From: Prochlorococcaceae cyanobacterium
GTDB lineage: Bacteria > Cyanobacteriota > Cyanobacteriia > PCC-6307 > Cyanobiaceae
Direction: 5' to 3'
Length of the DNA: 55,041 nt
NCBI GenBank assembly: GCA_040399225.1
Contig: JBBASN010000001.1
Coordinates: 1-55,041, forward strand
Position numbers and translations under genes: made by a program. The notes under the pieces were generated by a model. The model was not told where the DNA came from. It did not search any database and saw nothing but the letters and a program-made list of their open reading frames with translations. Positions within the stretch are counted from its first letter, which is position 1. Each line of letters opens with the position of its first letter. Positions 9,859 through 19,473 of the stretch are shown here, one piece after another.

Positions 9859-10491
9859 TCAGTTGTTGGGTGGTTCGATCTGGATCAGCCAGCTGCCCAG
9901 ATAGCCGGAGATCGGCACGTCGCCGGGGGCCTGGGCCAGGGCATTGAACTGGTACATCCCGGTGTTGAAGGGATTGAACAGCCGCATGTACACCCCGATC
10001 GTGCCGGTGTCCGGCACCGGCGTCTCCGGGAAGATCTCCAGGGCACTGCCGTTTTCCGCCAGTTCGATCGTGGCCGGAATCTCCTCCACGCAGCGGGTGC
10101 GGGCCAGCATGCCGCCCTCGCTCATCTTGCAGAGCTTCACCCGTTTCGGATCGATCTTGGCGTCGAATGAGGGGGGAATGGTGACGCTGAGTTTGAGGAT
10201 CGCGGTCTTGCGGTCCCGCGGCTTCAGGAGCAGAAAATACTCCGATCGACGCAGACGCTGGGTGTTGGTGATATAGAAGTAAAGCTTGCGATAGTCGCGG
10301 TTGTTGTCCCAGCGGAACTCCATCACGCTCGGGGTTCCCTGGCCCGCCGCTGGCTGAACCAGGCGACCGGGGCCAGCGGCGCTGAGGCCGAGCAGGCCAG
10401 CGGAGCCCAGGGCTGCGGCAGCGGCCAGGCCAGCCAGGGGGCGGCCCAGCCGCGCCAGGAAGGGGTGGGCCATCGGACGTAGGTGTCTCAT
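9859..10491 (-). CDS. DUF2808 family secreted protein
   Basis: Signal-like N-terminus; NP...GMYQFNA..PGD.P...YLGSW pattern; upstream of rpmH. Confidence 0.8.
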   Translation of the reverse strand: MRHLRPMAHPFLARLGRPLAGLAAAAALGSAGLLGLSAAGPGRLVQPAAGQGTPSVMEFRWDNNRDYRKLYFYITNTQRLRRSEYFLLLKPRDRKTAILKLSVTIPPSFDAKIDPKRVKLCKMSEGGMLARTRCVEEIPATIELAENGSALEIFPETPVPDTGTIGVYMRLFNPFNTGMYQFNALAQAPGDVPISGYLGSWLIQIEPPNN

Positions 10492-10545
10492 CTCTCGATT
10501 CTCAGCAGCCCGTGCACAGGCCTGGTGAGATCAGTGGTCGGCCCG

Positions 10546-10920
10546 CTAGCTGGCGCGGTCGGGGCGTAGCCGGCTGGCCTCGCGCAGGTAGGGATGGCAG
10601 GGCTGGCGCTGACCCTCCAGCCAGGCGTGGGCCAGCAGGCGGATGCAGCGCGGCAGGTCGCCAGCAACGGCCATCTGCTGACAGTCGAGCAGGGCCACGT
10701 GCTCCCAGCCGTTGCGGCGGCGGGCGATTGCGGCGGGAAACACCGCATCCAGATCGGCCGTGACCGAGAAGGTCACCGATACCACCCGCTCCCCTGCCAG
10801 CCCATTGCGGGCCACCAGGGCATCCACCAGTTCGGCCACGGCGCTGGCGATGGCCTCGGCGGTGTTGGCCTCGGCGGTGGTGGCCCCGCGCAGGGCCCGC
10901 AGTTGCAGGCCTTCGCTCAT
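10546..10920 (-). CDS. aroH: Chorismate mutase, AroH class
   Basis: ALRGATT, FSVTADLDAVFPA, LPRCIR, H.YLREA..LRPD. Confidence 0.95.
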   Translation of the reverse strand: MSEGLQLRALRGATTAEANTAEAIASAVAELVDALVARNGLAGERVVSVTFSVTADLDAVFPAAIARRRNGWEHVALLDCQQMAVAGDLPRCIRLLAHAWLEGQRQPCHPYLREASRLRPDRAS

Positions 10921-11729
10921 GGTCGCCAGAGCCAGAGGGGCTGGCCGGCCCAGGCCAGTTCCAGGCTGAGGGCCTGGCAGAGCGCCCGCAGGGCCGAGCG
11001 GCCCGGCAGCAGGCCGCCGAAGCGGCGAGGGGCGGCCCCGAACTCCGTGGGTCTTGTCTTGACGGGATCGAGACCCGCCAGGCTGCAGGCCAGTTCCCGG
11101 GCGCGCTCCTCATCGCCCAGTTCGTCCACCAGCCCCAGCTCCAGGGCCTGGGCGCCGCTGAACACCCGCCCATCGGCAAAGCTGCGCACCTGCTCCTCCG
11201 CCAGCCCCCGGCCCTCGGCCACGGCCGCCACGAACTGGCCGTAGCTGGAGTCGATCAGGCTCTGCAGCAGCTCCCTCTCCTCATCGGTGAGGGCGCGGTC
11301 CGGCGAGAGGATGTCCTTGTACAGGCCGCTCTTCACCGTCTCGAAACTGATTCCCACCCGTTCCAACAGTTTGGAGAGGTTGTTGCCCCGCAGGATCACG
11401 CCGATCGAGCCGGTGATCGTGCCGGGATTGGCCACGATCGTCTCGGCCGCCACCCCCACATACACGCCACCGGAAGCGGAGATGTTGCCGAAGCTGGCCA
11501 CCACCCGGCAGCCTTTCTGGCGCAGCCGCCGCAGGGCGGCGTGAATCTCCTGGCTGTCACCCACGGTGCCGCCGGGACTGTCGATCCGCAGCAGCAGAGC
11601 GGGGCACTCCCGTTGCTCCACCTGGCGCAGGGCCTTCAGCACCCGTTTGCGCGTGCCACCGGCGATCGGGCCTTCCAGCGCAATCCGGGCCAGGGTGCGA
11701 CGGGACTTGCGGCGCCAGGGCCAGACCAT
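10917..11729 (-). CDS. sppA: Signal peptide peptidase SppA (S49, short form)
   Basis: LRIDSPGG, SASGGVY, GSIGV, KSG.YKD, DGRVFSG.QA...GLVDELG. Confidence 0.95.
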   Translation of the reverse strand: MVWPWRRKSRRTLARIALEGPIAGGTRKRVLKALRQVEQRECPALLLRIDSPGGTVGDSQEIHAALRRLRQKGCRVVASFGNISASGGVYVGVAAETIVANPGTITGSIGVILRGNNLSKLLERVGISFETVKSGLYKDILSPDRALTDEERELLQSLIDSSYGQFVAAVAEGRGLAEEQVRSFADGRVFSGAQALELGLVDELGDEERARELACSLAGLDPVKTRPTEFGAAPRRFGGLLPGRSALRALCQALSLELAWAGQPLWLWRP

Positions 11730-11787
11730 GCGGCAGCGGTAGAGATGGCTGGATCTTAAAAAGAAGCACCGATCCGGCCCAGGCCCC

Positions 11788-12768
11788 ATGGTTCAGGCCC
11801 CGCGCTGGTCCGCCTTGCGCCTGCTGGCGATGCTCCTGCCCTTTGCCCTCTGGGGCACGGCGATGGCGGCGATGAGGCCCCTGCTGGAGGGGGGAACCCC
11901 CCTGCAGGTGGCCTGCCTGCGGCTGCTGCCCGCTGGGCTGGTGCTGCTGCTGGTGGCCCGCGGCCTGGGGCGGCCCCTCGGCGTGGATCGCCGCGACTGG
12001 CCCTGGCTGCTGGCCTTCGCCCTGGTGGATGGCAGCCTGTTTCAGGGTCTGCTGGCCCGTGGTCTGGGCCAGACGGGTGCCGGACTCGGCTCGGTGCTGA
12101 TCGACTCCCAGCCCCTGCTGGTGGCCCTGCTGGCCCGCAGCCTCTTCGGCGAGGCGATCAACCCCGTGGGCTGGCTGGGCCTGATGCTCGGCCTGCTCGG
12201 CATCCTCTGCCTGGGCTTGCCCCCCTCCCTGCTGCAGCACTGGTGGCTGGACGGTCCTGCCGCCATTGGGGTGCGAGCCTGGAGCCACGGGGAACTGTGG
12301 ATGCTGGCAGCCGCGGCGGCGATGGCCGCGGGCACGGTGCTCTGCCGTTTTGCCAGCCGCCACAGTGATCCCGTGGCGGTGACCGCCTGGCACATGCTGA
12401 TCGGCGGGCTGCCCCTGGCCCTGCTGGCCGCCCTGCCGGTGCGGCAGGGGGCGGCCTGGCTGCCCGCCTGGGGAGGCCTGGAGTGGGGCCTGATGGCCTA
12501 CGCCACCCTGTTCGGCAGTGCCCTGGCCTATGGCCTGTTCTTCTCGTTTGCCAGCCGGGGCGACCTCACCGGCTTCACCGCCCTCACCTTCCTCACGCCG
12601 GTGTTCGCCCTGGGCTGCGGCGTGCTGTGGCTGGGGGAGCAGCTGCGGCCCCTGCAGTGGCTGGGTGCCGGACTGGCCCTGCTCTCGGTGCTGCTGATCA
12701 ACCGCCGCGCTCAGCTCTGGCAGGGTGGCGCGGCCGGAGCCTTGGGGGTTGCCGAGGAGGCGCCCTGA
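11788..12768 (+). CDS. DMT/EamA family transporter
   Basis: About ten hydrophobic helices, two EamA-like halves (LWGTA..., FLTPVFAL..G..LGE). Confidence 0.9.
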   Translation: MVQAPRWSALRLLAMLLPFALWGTAMAAMRPLLEGGTPLQVACLRLLPAGLVLLLVARGLGRPLGVDRRDWPWLLAFALVDGSLFQGLLARGLGQTGAGLGSVLIDSQPLLVALLARSLFGEAINPVGWLGLMLGLLGILCLGLPPSLLQHWWLDGPAAIGVRAWSHGELWMLAAAAAMAAGTVLCRFASRHSDPVAVTAWHMLIGGLPLALLAALPVRQGAAWLPAWGGLEWGLMAYATLFGSALAYGLFFSFASRGDLTGFTALTFLTPVFALGCGVLWLGEQLRPLQWLGAGLALLSVLLINRRAQLWQGGAAGALGVAEEAP

Positions 12769-13853
12769 TGCGGATTCTGGTGGTGAGCACGCCGGTGGGA
12801 CAACTCGGCAGTGGCCGGGGCGGCGGTGTGGAGCTCACGGCCACCGCCCTGGTGGCCGGACTGTTGCGCCGGGGCCATGCCCTCACGGTGCTGGCGGCGG
12901 AGGGGTCAGAGCTGCCGCCAGCCTGTGCCGGCGCCGAACTCTGGCTGGAGGCGGGCCAGGACCAACCCAGCTGGCAGCACCAGTCCCGCCAGGCCGCGGT
13001 GCAGATTCCCCCCCGCTCGCTGCTGGGGGCCCTCTGGGGCCGGGCCCTGGCCCAGCAGGACAGCTTCGACGTGATTGTGAACCTCGCCTACGACTGGCTG
13101 CCGCTGTGGCTCACGCCCCACACCACCACGCCCCTGGCCCACCTGGTGAGCATGGGGTCGGTGGCCGAAGCGATGGATCAGGTGATCGCTGCGATCGGCC
13201 GCAGCCACCCGCTGCATCTGGCTTTTCACACCGCCGCCCAGGCCGCCGATTTCCAGCTGGCGGGTCCGCCACGGCTGGTGGGCAACGGTTTCGATCTCGA
13301 CCGCTATCGCCTCAGCGAGCAGCCCCAGGCCCTGCTGGGCTGGGCCGGCCGGGTGGCGCCCGAGAAGGGCCTGGAGGATGGGGCCCGGGTGGCGGCGCGC
13401 CTGGGCCTGCCCCTTGCGGTGTGGGGGTTGCGGGAGGACGCCGACTACGCCCGCCGGGTGGAGGCGATGGTGCCGCCAGGAACGCTGCAGTGGCGGGGCT
13501 TTCTGCCCACTGACCAGCTGCAGGCGGAGCTGGGGCGCTGTGCCGTGCTGCTCAACACCCCCAAGTGGAACGAGGCCTTCGGCAATGTGGTGGTGGAGGC
13601 GATGGCCTGCGGTGTGCCGGTGGCGGCCTATGCCCGGGGCGGTCCGGCGGAGCTGGTGCACGAGGGGATCAATGGTGCCCTGGCCCCGGCGGATGATCTG
13701 GACGGTCTGCTGGCGGCCGTGCAGCGGGCGCAGCGGGTGCCACGCCAGTCCTGCCGCCGCTGGGTGGAGCGCCACTGTTCCTGTGAGGCCTTCGCCGCCC
13801 GCTTGGAGCAGTGGCTGCAGGCGGTGAGCGAGAACTGGACCGGGGGCCGATAG
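12768..13853 (+). CDS. GT4 (GT-B) glycosyltransferase
   Basis: MRILVVS...GGGVE, GRVAPEKG, EAFGNVVVEAMACGVPV; TGATG overlap with DMT. Confidence 0.93.
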   Translation: MRILVVSTPVGQLGSGRGGGVELTATALVAGLLRRGHALTVLAAEGSELPPACAGAELWLEAGQDQPSWQHQSRQAAVQIPPRSLLGALWGRALAQQDSFDVIVNLAYDWLPLWLTPHTTTPLAHLVSMGSVAEAMDQVIAAIGRSHPLHLAFHTAAQAADFQLAGPPRLVGNGFDLDRYRLSEQPQALLGWAGRVAPEKGLEDGARVAARLGLPLAVWGLREDADYARRVEAMVPPGTLQWRGFLPTDQLQAELGRCAVLLNTPKWNEAFGNVVVEAMACGVPVAAYARGGPAELVHEGINGALAPADDLDGLLAAVQRAQRVPRQSCRRWVERHCSCEAFAARLEQWLQAVSENWTGGR

Positions 13854-13885
13854 GGTGCCCCGCGGGGCCGTGGCCCGCTGCGCCT

Positions 13886-13930
13886 CTAGTCCATTGGCCC
13901 GTTGTCCATTGGCCCCTAGTCCATTGGGTC
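13886..13930. repeat. Three imperfect 15-bp tandem repeats
   Basis: ctagtccattggccc / gttgtccattggccc / ctagtccattgggtc. Confidence 0.9.
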
Positions 13931-13934
13931 CTCT

Positions 13935-15734
13935 GTGAAGTCCACACCCCCCGCCCCGGTGCCCGCAGTTGGGGCTGGCGCAGCCCGTTGGCTGTGGCTG
14001 GCCAGCCTGGGACTGGGTGTGCTGCTGTTCGTGTGGCAACTCGGCGCCACGGGTCTGGTGGATGAGACCCCGCCCCTGTTCGCCGCCTCGGCCCGGGCGA
14101 TGGCTGAAACCGGCGACTGGCTGATCCCCTGGGTGAACGGTCTGCCCCGGTACGACAAGCCGCCGTTGGTGTACTGGGCGATGGGGCTTTCATACAGCCT
14201 GCCGGGTCAGATGGCCTGGGACCCGCTCGGCACCTGGGCCGCCCGCCTGCCCTCGGCCCTGGCCACCGTGGCGGTGATGCAGACCCTGGTGCACACCCTG
14301 CTGCGCTGGCCCCAGGCCCGGCGTCGGCCAGGCCTCACCGCCCTCAGCGCCGCCCTGGCCTTCGCCCTCTCGCCCCTGGTGCTCATCTGGGGGCGGATTG
14401 CCGTGAGCGATGCCCTGTTCAGCGGCTGCCTGGCGATCAGCCTGTTGCTGTGCTGGAGCAGCTACGCCACGGGCGGTCGCCGCTGGTGGGCCGCCTGGCT
14501 CCTGCTGGGGCTGGCCGTGCTGGCCAAGGGGCCGGTGGCCGTGGTGCTGCTGGCGCTCACCCTGCTGGGCTTCGGTTGGCTGCAGCGGGATCTGCCGGGT
14601 GTGGCGGCCAGCGTGCAGCCCCTGCGCGGCGCCTTGATCACGGCATTGGTGGCCGGGCCCTGGTATGGCCTGGCCCTGCTGCGGGAGGGGGAGCCCTTCT
14701 GGAGGAGCTTCTTCGGTTACCACAACCTGCAGCGCTTCAGCAGCGTGGTGAACAACCACCAGGCCCCCTGGTGGTTCTTCGGCCTGATCCTGGTGCTCGC
14801 CAGCCTGCCCGCCACACCCCTGCTGGTGCTCGGCCTGGTGCGCGCGCTGCGCGGTCCGGTGCCGCCGCCGGCACAGTCGTTGCAGCGCTTTGCCGCCTGC
14901 TGGCTGCTGGCGGTGCTGCTGTTCTTCACGGCGGCGGCCACCAAGCTGCCCAGCTACTGGCTGCCCGCCACCCCGGCGGCGGGCCTGCTGATCGCCCTGG
15001 CTGCCCAGCGCGGGGCCTGGCTGGCCTGGCGGCTGCTGCTGCTGCTGGCGGGCCTGCTGGCCCTGGTGCTGGCCCTCGCGCCGCGCTGGGTGCTGGCGAT
15101 CGTCACCCCAGAGATGCCCACGCTGCCCCAGGAGCTGCTGGCCAGCGGCCGCCTGCCCCTGGCGGCAGCCTGTTTCGCCCTGGCCGCCCTGCTTGGCCTG
15201 GTGGCGGGCTGGCGGCGCGGCAATCCCGCTGCTCTGCTGGCCGTGCAGCTGCCCCTGGTGGCTTTCGTGCTGGCGGTGCTGCTGCCGCTGGTCAAGCTGG
15301 GCGACCGGCTGCGGGCCGAGCCGGTGCGTCGCCTGGCGGTCAGCGCCCAGCGCCAGAGCCCGATGGCTGCGCCCTCCCACCTGGCAATGGTGGGCATGCT
15401 GAAGCCCTCCCTCCACTTCTACGGCCGCCGGGTGGTGGTGTACGAGGAGGCCGGGCCCCGGGGCCTGGTGAATCTCAGCGACCGCCTGGCCCGCGAGAGC
15501 CGCCGGGGGCAGACCCCAAGTCCCGCCGATGGCCGCGCAGACCTGCTGCTGGTGATCGACGCCGACACCGCGGCCCAGTCCCACTGGCAGGGCCTCGAGC
15601 CCGAACAGCTCGACCAGGCCGGCATCTACCGGCTGTGGCGGCTCGACCGGCGCCGGCTGGAGCAGCGGGCTGCGGCCCTGCGTCGTCAGGGCTGGCAGCC
15701 GAACTGGCTCGAGCCGCGGCCTGAGCGTTACTGA
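13935..15734 (+). CDS. ArnT/GT39-type polyprenol-phosphate-sugar transferase (GT-C)
   Basis: DETP.FA..AR.M..TGDW..P..NG.PRYDKPPL.YW, LAKGP, TKLPSY.LP; many TMs. Confidence 0.9.
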   Translation: MKSTPPAPVPAVGAGAARWLWLASLGLGVLLFVWQLGATGLVDETPPLFAASARAMAETGDWLIPWVNGLPRYDKPPLVYWAMGLSYSLPGQMAWDPLGTWAARLPSALATVAVMQTLVHTLLRWPQARRRPGLTALSAALAFALSPLVLIWGRIAVSDALFSGCLAISLLLCWSSYATGGRRWWAAWLLLGLAVLAKGPVAVVLLALTLLGFGWLQRDLPGVAASVQPLRGALITALVAGPWYGLALLREGEPFWRSFFGYHNLQRFSSVVNNHQAPWWFFGLILVLASLPATPLLVLGLVRALRGPVPPPAQSLQRFAACWLLAVLLFFTAAATKLPSYWLPATPAAGLLIALAAQRGAWLAWRLLLLLAGLLALVLALAPRWVLAIVTPEMPTLPQELLASGRLPLAAACFALAALLGLVAGWRRGNPAALLAVQLPLVAFVLAVLLPLVKLGDRLRAEPVRRLAVSAQRQSPMAAPSHLAMVGMLKPSLHFYGRRVVVYEEAGPRGLVNLSDRLARESRRGQTPSPADGRADLLLVIDADTAAQSHWQGLEPEQLDQAGIYRLWRLDRRRLEQRAAALRRQGWQPNWLEPRPERY

Positions 15735-15744
15735 GCCGCGGCTG

Positions 15745-16302
15745 TCACGTCCCCCTGGGGGCGACGACCTCGCTGCCCAGCTCCTGGCGGCGGCAGAAGC
15801 TGCAGTGGCCCCAACGGGCCATTTCGCCCGCGGGGGCCGGGCTGGCGCAGCGGGGGCAGATTCCCATGCCATGCACGTCCGCCCGGCTGGGGTGGCGGGC
15901 CCAGGCGGCCCGCTCCTCCTCCATCCCCGGCGGGGGCAGGGCACCGGCATGGTGCTGCTCCACGCGCAGCTCCCGCACCGGGAAGCCCGCCGCCCGCAGG
16001 GCCCCCAGCAACTGGTGGCGATTGTATTGAAGGGCCTGCAGCCAGGGCCCCGGGGCGGCCCCCACCGTGAGCCGGCTGCCCTGCAGGCGCAGGGGGCGGC
16101 AGTGGGGGGCGAGCTGGGGACCGGCCAGGCTGGGCCAGCGCTGCCAGAGGGCCGCCAGATGGCCCTGGCGCTGCCACTCCTGCTCAATGCTCTCCAGGCA
16201 CTGCTGCAGCGGGGCGGCGGGGGGCCGCGGTGGCGGCAGCAGCAGCGACAGGTTGCCGATGCGGCGGCTGGTGAGCTCGGAAGGGCGGGGTTTGGCGGGC
16301 AT
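15745..16302 (-). CDS. DUF721/DciA-like protein with C-terminal Zn ribbon
   Basis: LW..WP..AG..LA.HCRP, CPRC...CSFC; start uncertain. Confidence 0.8.
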   Translation of the reverse strand: MPAKPRPSELTSRRIGNLSLLLPPPRPPAAPLQQCLESIEQEWQRQGHLAALWQRWPSLAGPQLAPHCRPLRLQGSRLTVGAAPGPWLQALQYNRHQLLGALRAAGFPVRELRVEQHHAGALPPPGMEEERAAWARHPSRADVHGMGICPRCASPAPAGEMARWGHCSFCRRQELGSEVVAPRGT

Positions 16303-16385
16303 CCTGGTCCAGCCGTTCTGGTGGCTGCGGCCGGTTGTGGTTAGCCTCCCAGCATCGCCCCAGTTTTCGCCACCTCTCACACACG

Positions 16386-17174
16386 ATGGGCTTTTTTGAA
16401 CGCCTGAGCCGTCTGTTCCGCGCCAATGCCAACGCGGTGATCAGCAGCATGGAGGATCCCTCCAAGATCCTCGACCAGTCGGTGGAGGACATGCAGCGGG
16501 ATCTGGTGAAACTGCGCCAGGCCGTGGCCACCGCCATCGCCAGCCAGAAGCGGATCCAGAACCAGGCCGAACAGGCCGAGAGCCAGTCGAAAACCTGGTA
16601 CGAGCGCGCCGAACTCGCCCTCAAGAAAGGCGAGGAGGATCTGGCCCGCGAGGCCCTGTCCCGGCGCAAGACCTACCAGGACACCTCCACGGCCCTGAAC
16701 ACCCAGCTGCAGACCCAGTCGGCCCAGGTGGAGCAGCTCAAGAAGAGCCTGCTGCAGCTGGAGAGCAAGATCTCCGAGGCCAAGACCAAGAAGGACATGC
16801 TCAAGGCCCGTGCCCAGGCGGCCCAGGCCCAGGAGCAGCTGCAGAGTGCCGTCACCGGTCTCGGCACCGACAACGCCATGGCGGCCTTCGAGCGCATGGA
16901 GGAGAAGGTGCAGTCGCTCGAGGCCCGCAGCCAGGCCGCCGCCGAGCTGGCCGGTGCCGACCTGGAGAGCCAGTTTGCGGCTCTGCAGAGCAGCGATGTG
17001 GACGAGGAACTGGCCGCCCTGCGCAGCAAGCTGGAGAACAACCAGCTGGAGGCCAACCAGGAGCCGATCGCCCTGCCGGCAGAGAACGGGCCGGCCCCCC
17101 AGCTGGAACCGGTGAAGGTGGCTGAGGTGGATGCGGAACTGGAGGAGCTGAAGCGCTCGATCGACCAGCTCTGA
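16386..17174 (+). CDS. vipp1: PspA/IM30 family protein (Vipp1)
   Basis: MGFFERL.RL.RAN.N, EDP.KILDQ, AL.KGEEDLAREAL, AFERMEEKV, C-terminal VDAELEELK extension. Confidence 0.93.
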   Translation: MGFFERLSRLFRANANAVISSMEDPSKILDQSVEDMQRDLVKLRQAVATAIASQKRIQNQAEQAESQSKTWYERAELALKKGEEDLAREALSRRKTYQDTSTALNTQLQTQSAQVEQLKKSLLQLESKISEAKTKKDMLKARAQAAQAQEQLQSAVTGLGTDNAMAAFERMEEKVQSLEARSQAAAELAGADLESQFAALQSSDVDEELAALRSKLENNQLEANQEPIALPAENGPAPQLEPVKVAEVDAELEELKRSIDQL

Positions 17175-17226
17175 ACCCGGAGGGCCCGGCGGCCTCCATA
17201 CAATCCTCCTTTGCCACACCGCCGCC

Positions 17227-17547
17227 GTGTCCGTCGCCCAGCTCACAGACGCCAACTTCGAGAGCGAAGTGCTGGGGGCGTCCACGCCGGTGCTGGTGGA
17301 TGTATGGGCCGCCTGGTGCGGCCCCTGCCGGCTGATGGCCCCGTTGATGGACTGGGCGGCCAGCGCTTACACCGGTCGGTTGGCGGTGGGCAAGCTGGAG
17401 GCTGATCCCAATCCCATCAGCCGCGACCTGCTGAAGGTGCAGGGCCTGCCCGCCCTGGTGCTGTTCCGCGATGGGAAAGAGGTGGCCCGCCACGAGGGGG
17501 CCCTGGCCCAGGCCCAGTTGCAGGCCTTCCTGGATGCCCATCTCTGA
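17227..17547 (+). CDS. Thioredoxin
   Basis: WCGPC active site. Confidence 0.93.
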   Translation: MSVAQLTDANFESEVLGASTPVLVDVWAAWCGPCRLMAPLMDWAASAYTGRLAVGKLEADPNPISRDLLKVQGLPALVLFRDGKEVARHEGALAQAQLQAFLDAHL

Positions 17548-18727
17548 TCGGCTGGCCCAGCTGGGCAGTGGCGTTTTTGCCCGCAACGACCGCCGCAAGG
17601 CCGCCTACCTGGGCCGTGCCGGCGCCCCCGCCAGCGGGCTGCCGCCCTTGCTGGACCTCTCCCTGGGCTCCACGGATCTGCAGCCCCCGGCCGTGGCGAT
17701 CGAGGCGATGGCGGCCCAGCTGGGCCGGCCCGAGAGTGCCGCCTACTGCCTGCACGCCGCCACAGCCCCCCTGCGCCAGGCCGTGGCCGCCTGGGCCCAG
17801 CGGCGCTTCGGTGTGGAGGTGGACGCCGAGCGGGAGGTGCTGCTGCTGGTGGGCTCCCAGGAGGGCACCGCCCACCTGCCTCTGGCGGTGCTCAATCCAG
17901 GCGATGGGGCCCTGCTCCTCGACCCCTACTACCCCTCCCACATGGGTGGCCTGCGGCTGGCCTCGGCCCGGCCCCGCCTGCTGCGCCTCGATCCGGCGGC
18001 AGGCTTTCGTCCGGACTTCGAGCAACTCAGCGCAGACGAGTGGCAGCAGCTGGGGCTGATGGTGCTGGGTTTTCCCCACAACCCCACAGCCACCACCGGG
18101 GAGCAGTCCTGGCTGGATGGGGCGGTGGCCAAGGCCCTGCAGCACGACATCGTGCTGGCGCACGACAACCCCTATGTGGATCTGGCCCTGGAGGGCGAAG
18201 CGCCGGCCCTGCTCCGCAACCCCGCCTGGCGGCAGTGCGGCATTGAGTTCTTCTCCTTCTCCAAAAGCTGGTGCCTGGGGGGCTATCGGCTGGCGTTCGC
18301 GATCGGTGCGGAGTGGCTGATCACCGCCCTGCGCCAGCTCAAGGGGGTGGTGGATTTCAACCAGTCGCTGGCGCTGCAGGCCGGGGCGATCGCCGCCCTG
18401 GAGCAGGCCCCCGACTGGCCCGCCCGCCTGCGCCAGGTGTACCGCGGACGCCGCGACACGATGGCGGCGGCGCTGAGCGCCCAGGGCTGGCCGGTGCGGC
18501 TGCCTTCAATGGCTCTTTACCTCTGGCTGCAGTTGCCGCCGCCGGCCCGGGCGATGGAGTCCGAGAGCTTCTGCGCGGCCTTGCTGGAGGCCACCGGCGT
18601 GGCGCTCACCCCGGGCAACGGCTTCGGTCCCGGCGGTGAGGGCTGGCTGCGGCTGGCGCTGGTGCATCCCGAGGCCCAGCTGGAGGCGGGTGCTGCCCGG
18701 ATCGGCCGGTGGCTGGCCAGCCTCTGA
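17534..18727 (+). CDS. Class I/II PLP aminotransferase (LL-DAP aminotransferase-like)
   Basis: GSQEG, PHNPT, HDNPY, SFSKS....GYR. Confidence 0.88.
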   Translation: MPISDRLAQLGSGVFARNDRRKAAYLGRAGAPASGLPPLLDLSLGSTDLQPPAVAIEAMAAQLGRPESAAYCLHAATAPLRQAVAAWAQRRFGVEVDAEREVLLLVGSQEGTAHLPLAVLNPGDGALLLDPYYPSHMGGLRLASARPRLLRLDPAAGFRPDFEQLSADEWQQLGLMVLGFPHNPTATTGEQSWLDGAVAKALQHDIVLAHDNPYVDLALEGEAPALLRNPAWRQCGIEFFSFSKSWCLGGYRLAFAIGAEWLITALRQLKGVVDFNQSLALQAGAIAALEQAPDWPARLRQVYRGRRDTMAAALSAQGWPVRLPSMALYLWLQLPPPARAMESESFCAALLEATGVALTPGNGFGPGGEGWLRLALVHPEAQLEAGAARIGRWLASL

Positions 18728-19473
18728 CGCCCCAGCCCCCGCCGGCTCTTGTCCTGCGCTGGCAACGGCGGCATCTGCCGGTGTGTGCCAGCACGGAGAT
18801 CGAACTGGCCCGCTGGCTGGCTGAGCGGGAGACGGCTGGCCGTCCCTTGCCGGCGGACGGCATCGCCCTGCTGGTGCGGGCCCGCCGCCAGAGGTTCGGC
18901 AGGGGGCAGCAGGGCCGGCTCTGGCACTCTCCCGCGCAGGGGCTCTGGGTGAGTGCCGCCATCCCCTGGCCCTCCCAGCCCGGCACTGCCGCCCTGGGGC
19001 TGGCGGTGGCCGTGGGCCTCGCCCTGCAACTGGAATCGCTTGGCCTGAGGCCCCAGCTCAAGTGGCCCAACGACCTGCTGCTGGAGGGACGCAAGCTGGC
19101 GGGCCTGCTGCCCCGGCTGCGCCATCGCGGCGGCCAGGTGCGCTGGGCCCAGGTGGGCATCGGCCTCAATGGTCGCAACCGGGTGCCCCAGGGGGCGATC
19201 AGCCTGGCCAGGGCCCTGTCCGCCGGCCGGCCGGGGCATCCCCTGGCGGCGCCCCGGCGGCTGGAGCCCCGCCTGCTGGCCGCCCTGGAATGGGCTGTTG
19301 CCTCGGCTCCAGCCGCTGAAGACGTCCGCGCCCTTGCCGAGGCGCGGTTGTGGCGACCGGCTGGAGGCGTGGAACATGGCGGCCGGCACTGGCAGGTGGA
19401 GGGGCTGGAGCGCGATGGCCGCCTGTTGCTGCGCAGCGGTCCGTTGCTGACGCGGCTGCAGCGCTGCATTTGA
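18709..19473 (+). CDS. birA: Biotin-protein ligase
   Basis: RQ..GRGQ.GR.W.SP, LKWPNDL...GRKLAG, GIGLN; start uncertain. Confidence 0.9.
   Translation: MAGQPLTPQPPPALVLRWQRRHLPVCASTEIELARWLAERETAGRPLPADGIALLVRARRQRFGRGQQGRLWHSPAQGLWVSAAIPWPSQPGTAALGLAVAVGLALQLESLGLRPQLKWPNDLLLEGRKLAGLLPRLRHRGGQVRWAQVGIGLNGRNRVPQGAISLARALSAGRPGHPLAAPRRLEPRLLAALEWAVASAPAAEDVRALAEARLWRPAGGVEHGGRHWQVEGLERDGRLLLRSGPLLTRLQRCI

Noticed and set aside
13886-13930. Possible mini-CRISPR
   Set aside because: 15-bp period with no spacers and no cas genes; same reasoning applies to the repeats at 4741-4844 and 50661-50714
16365-16385. cacctctcacacac resembling the Yfr1 ACTCCTCACAC motif
   Set aside because: Imperfect match, no flanking hairpins or terminator, and it sits directly in the vipp1 leader
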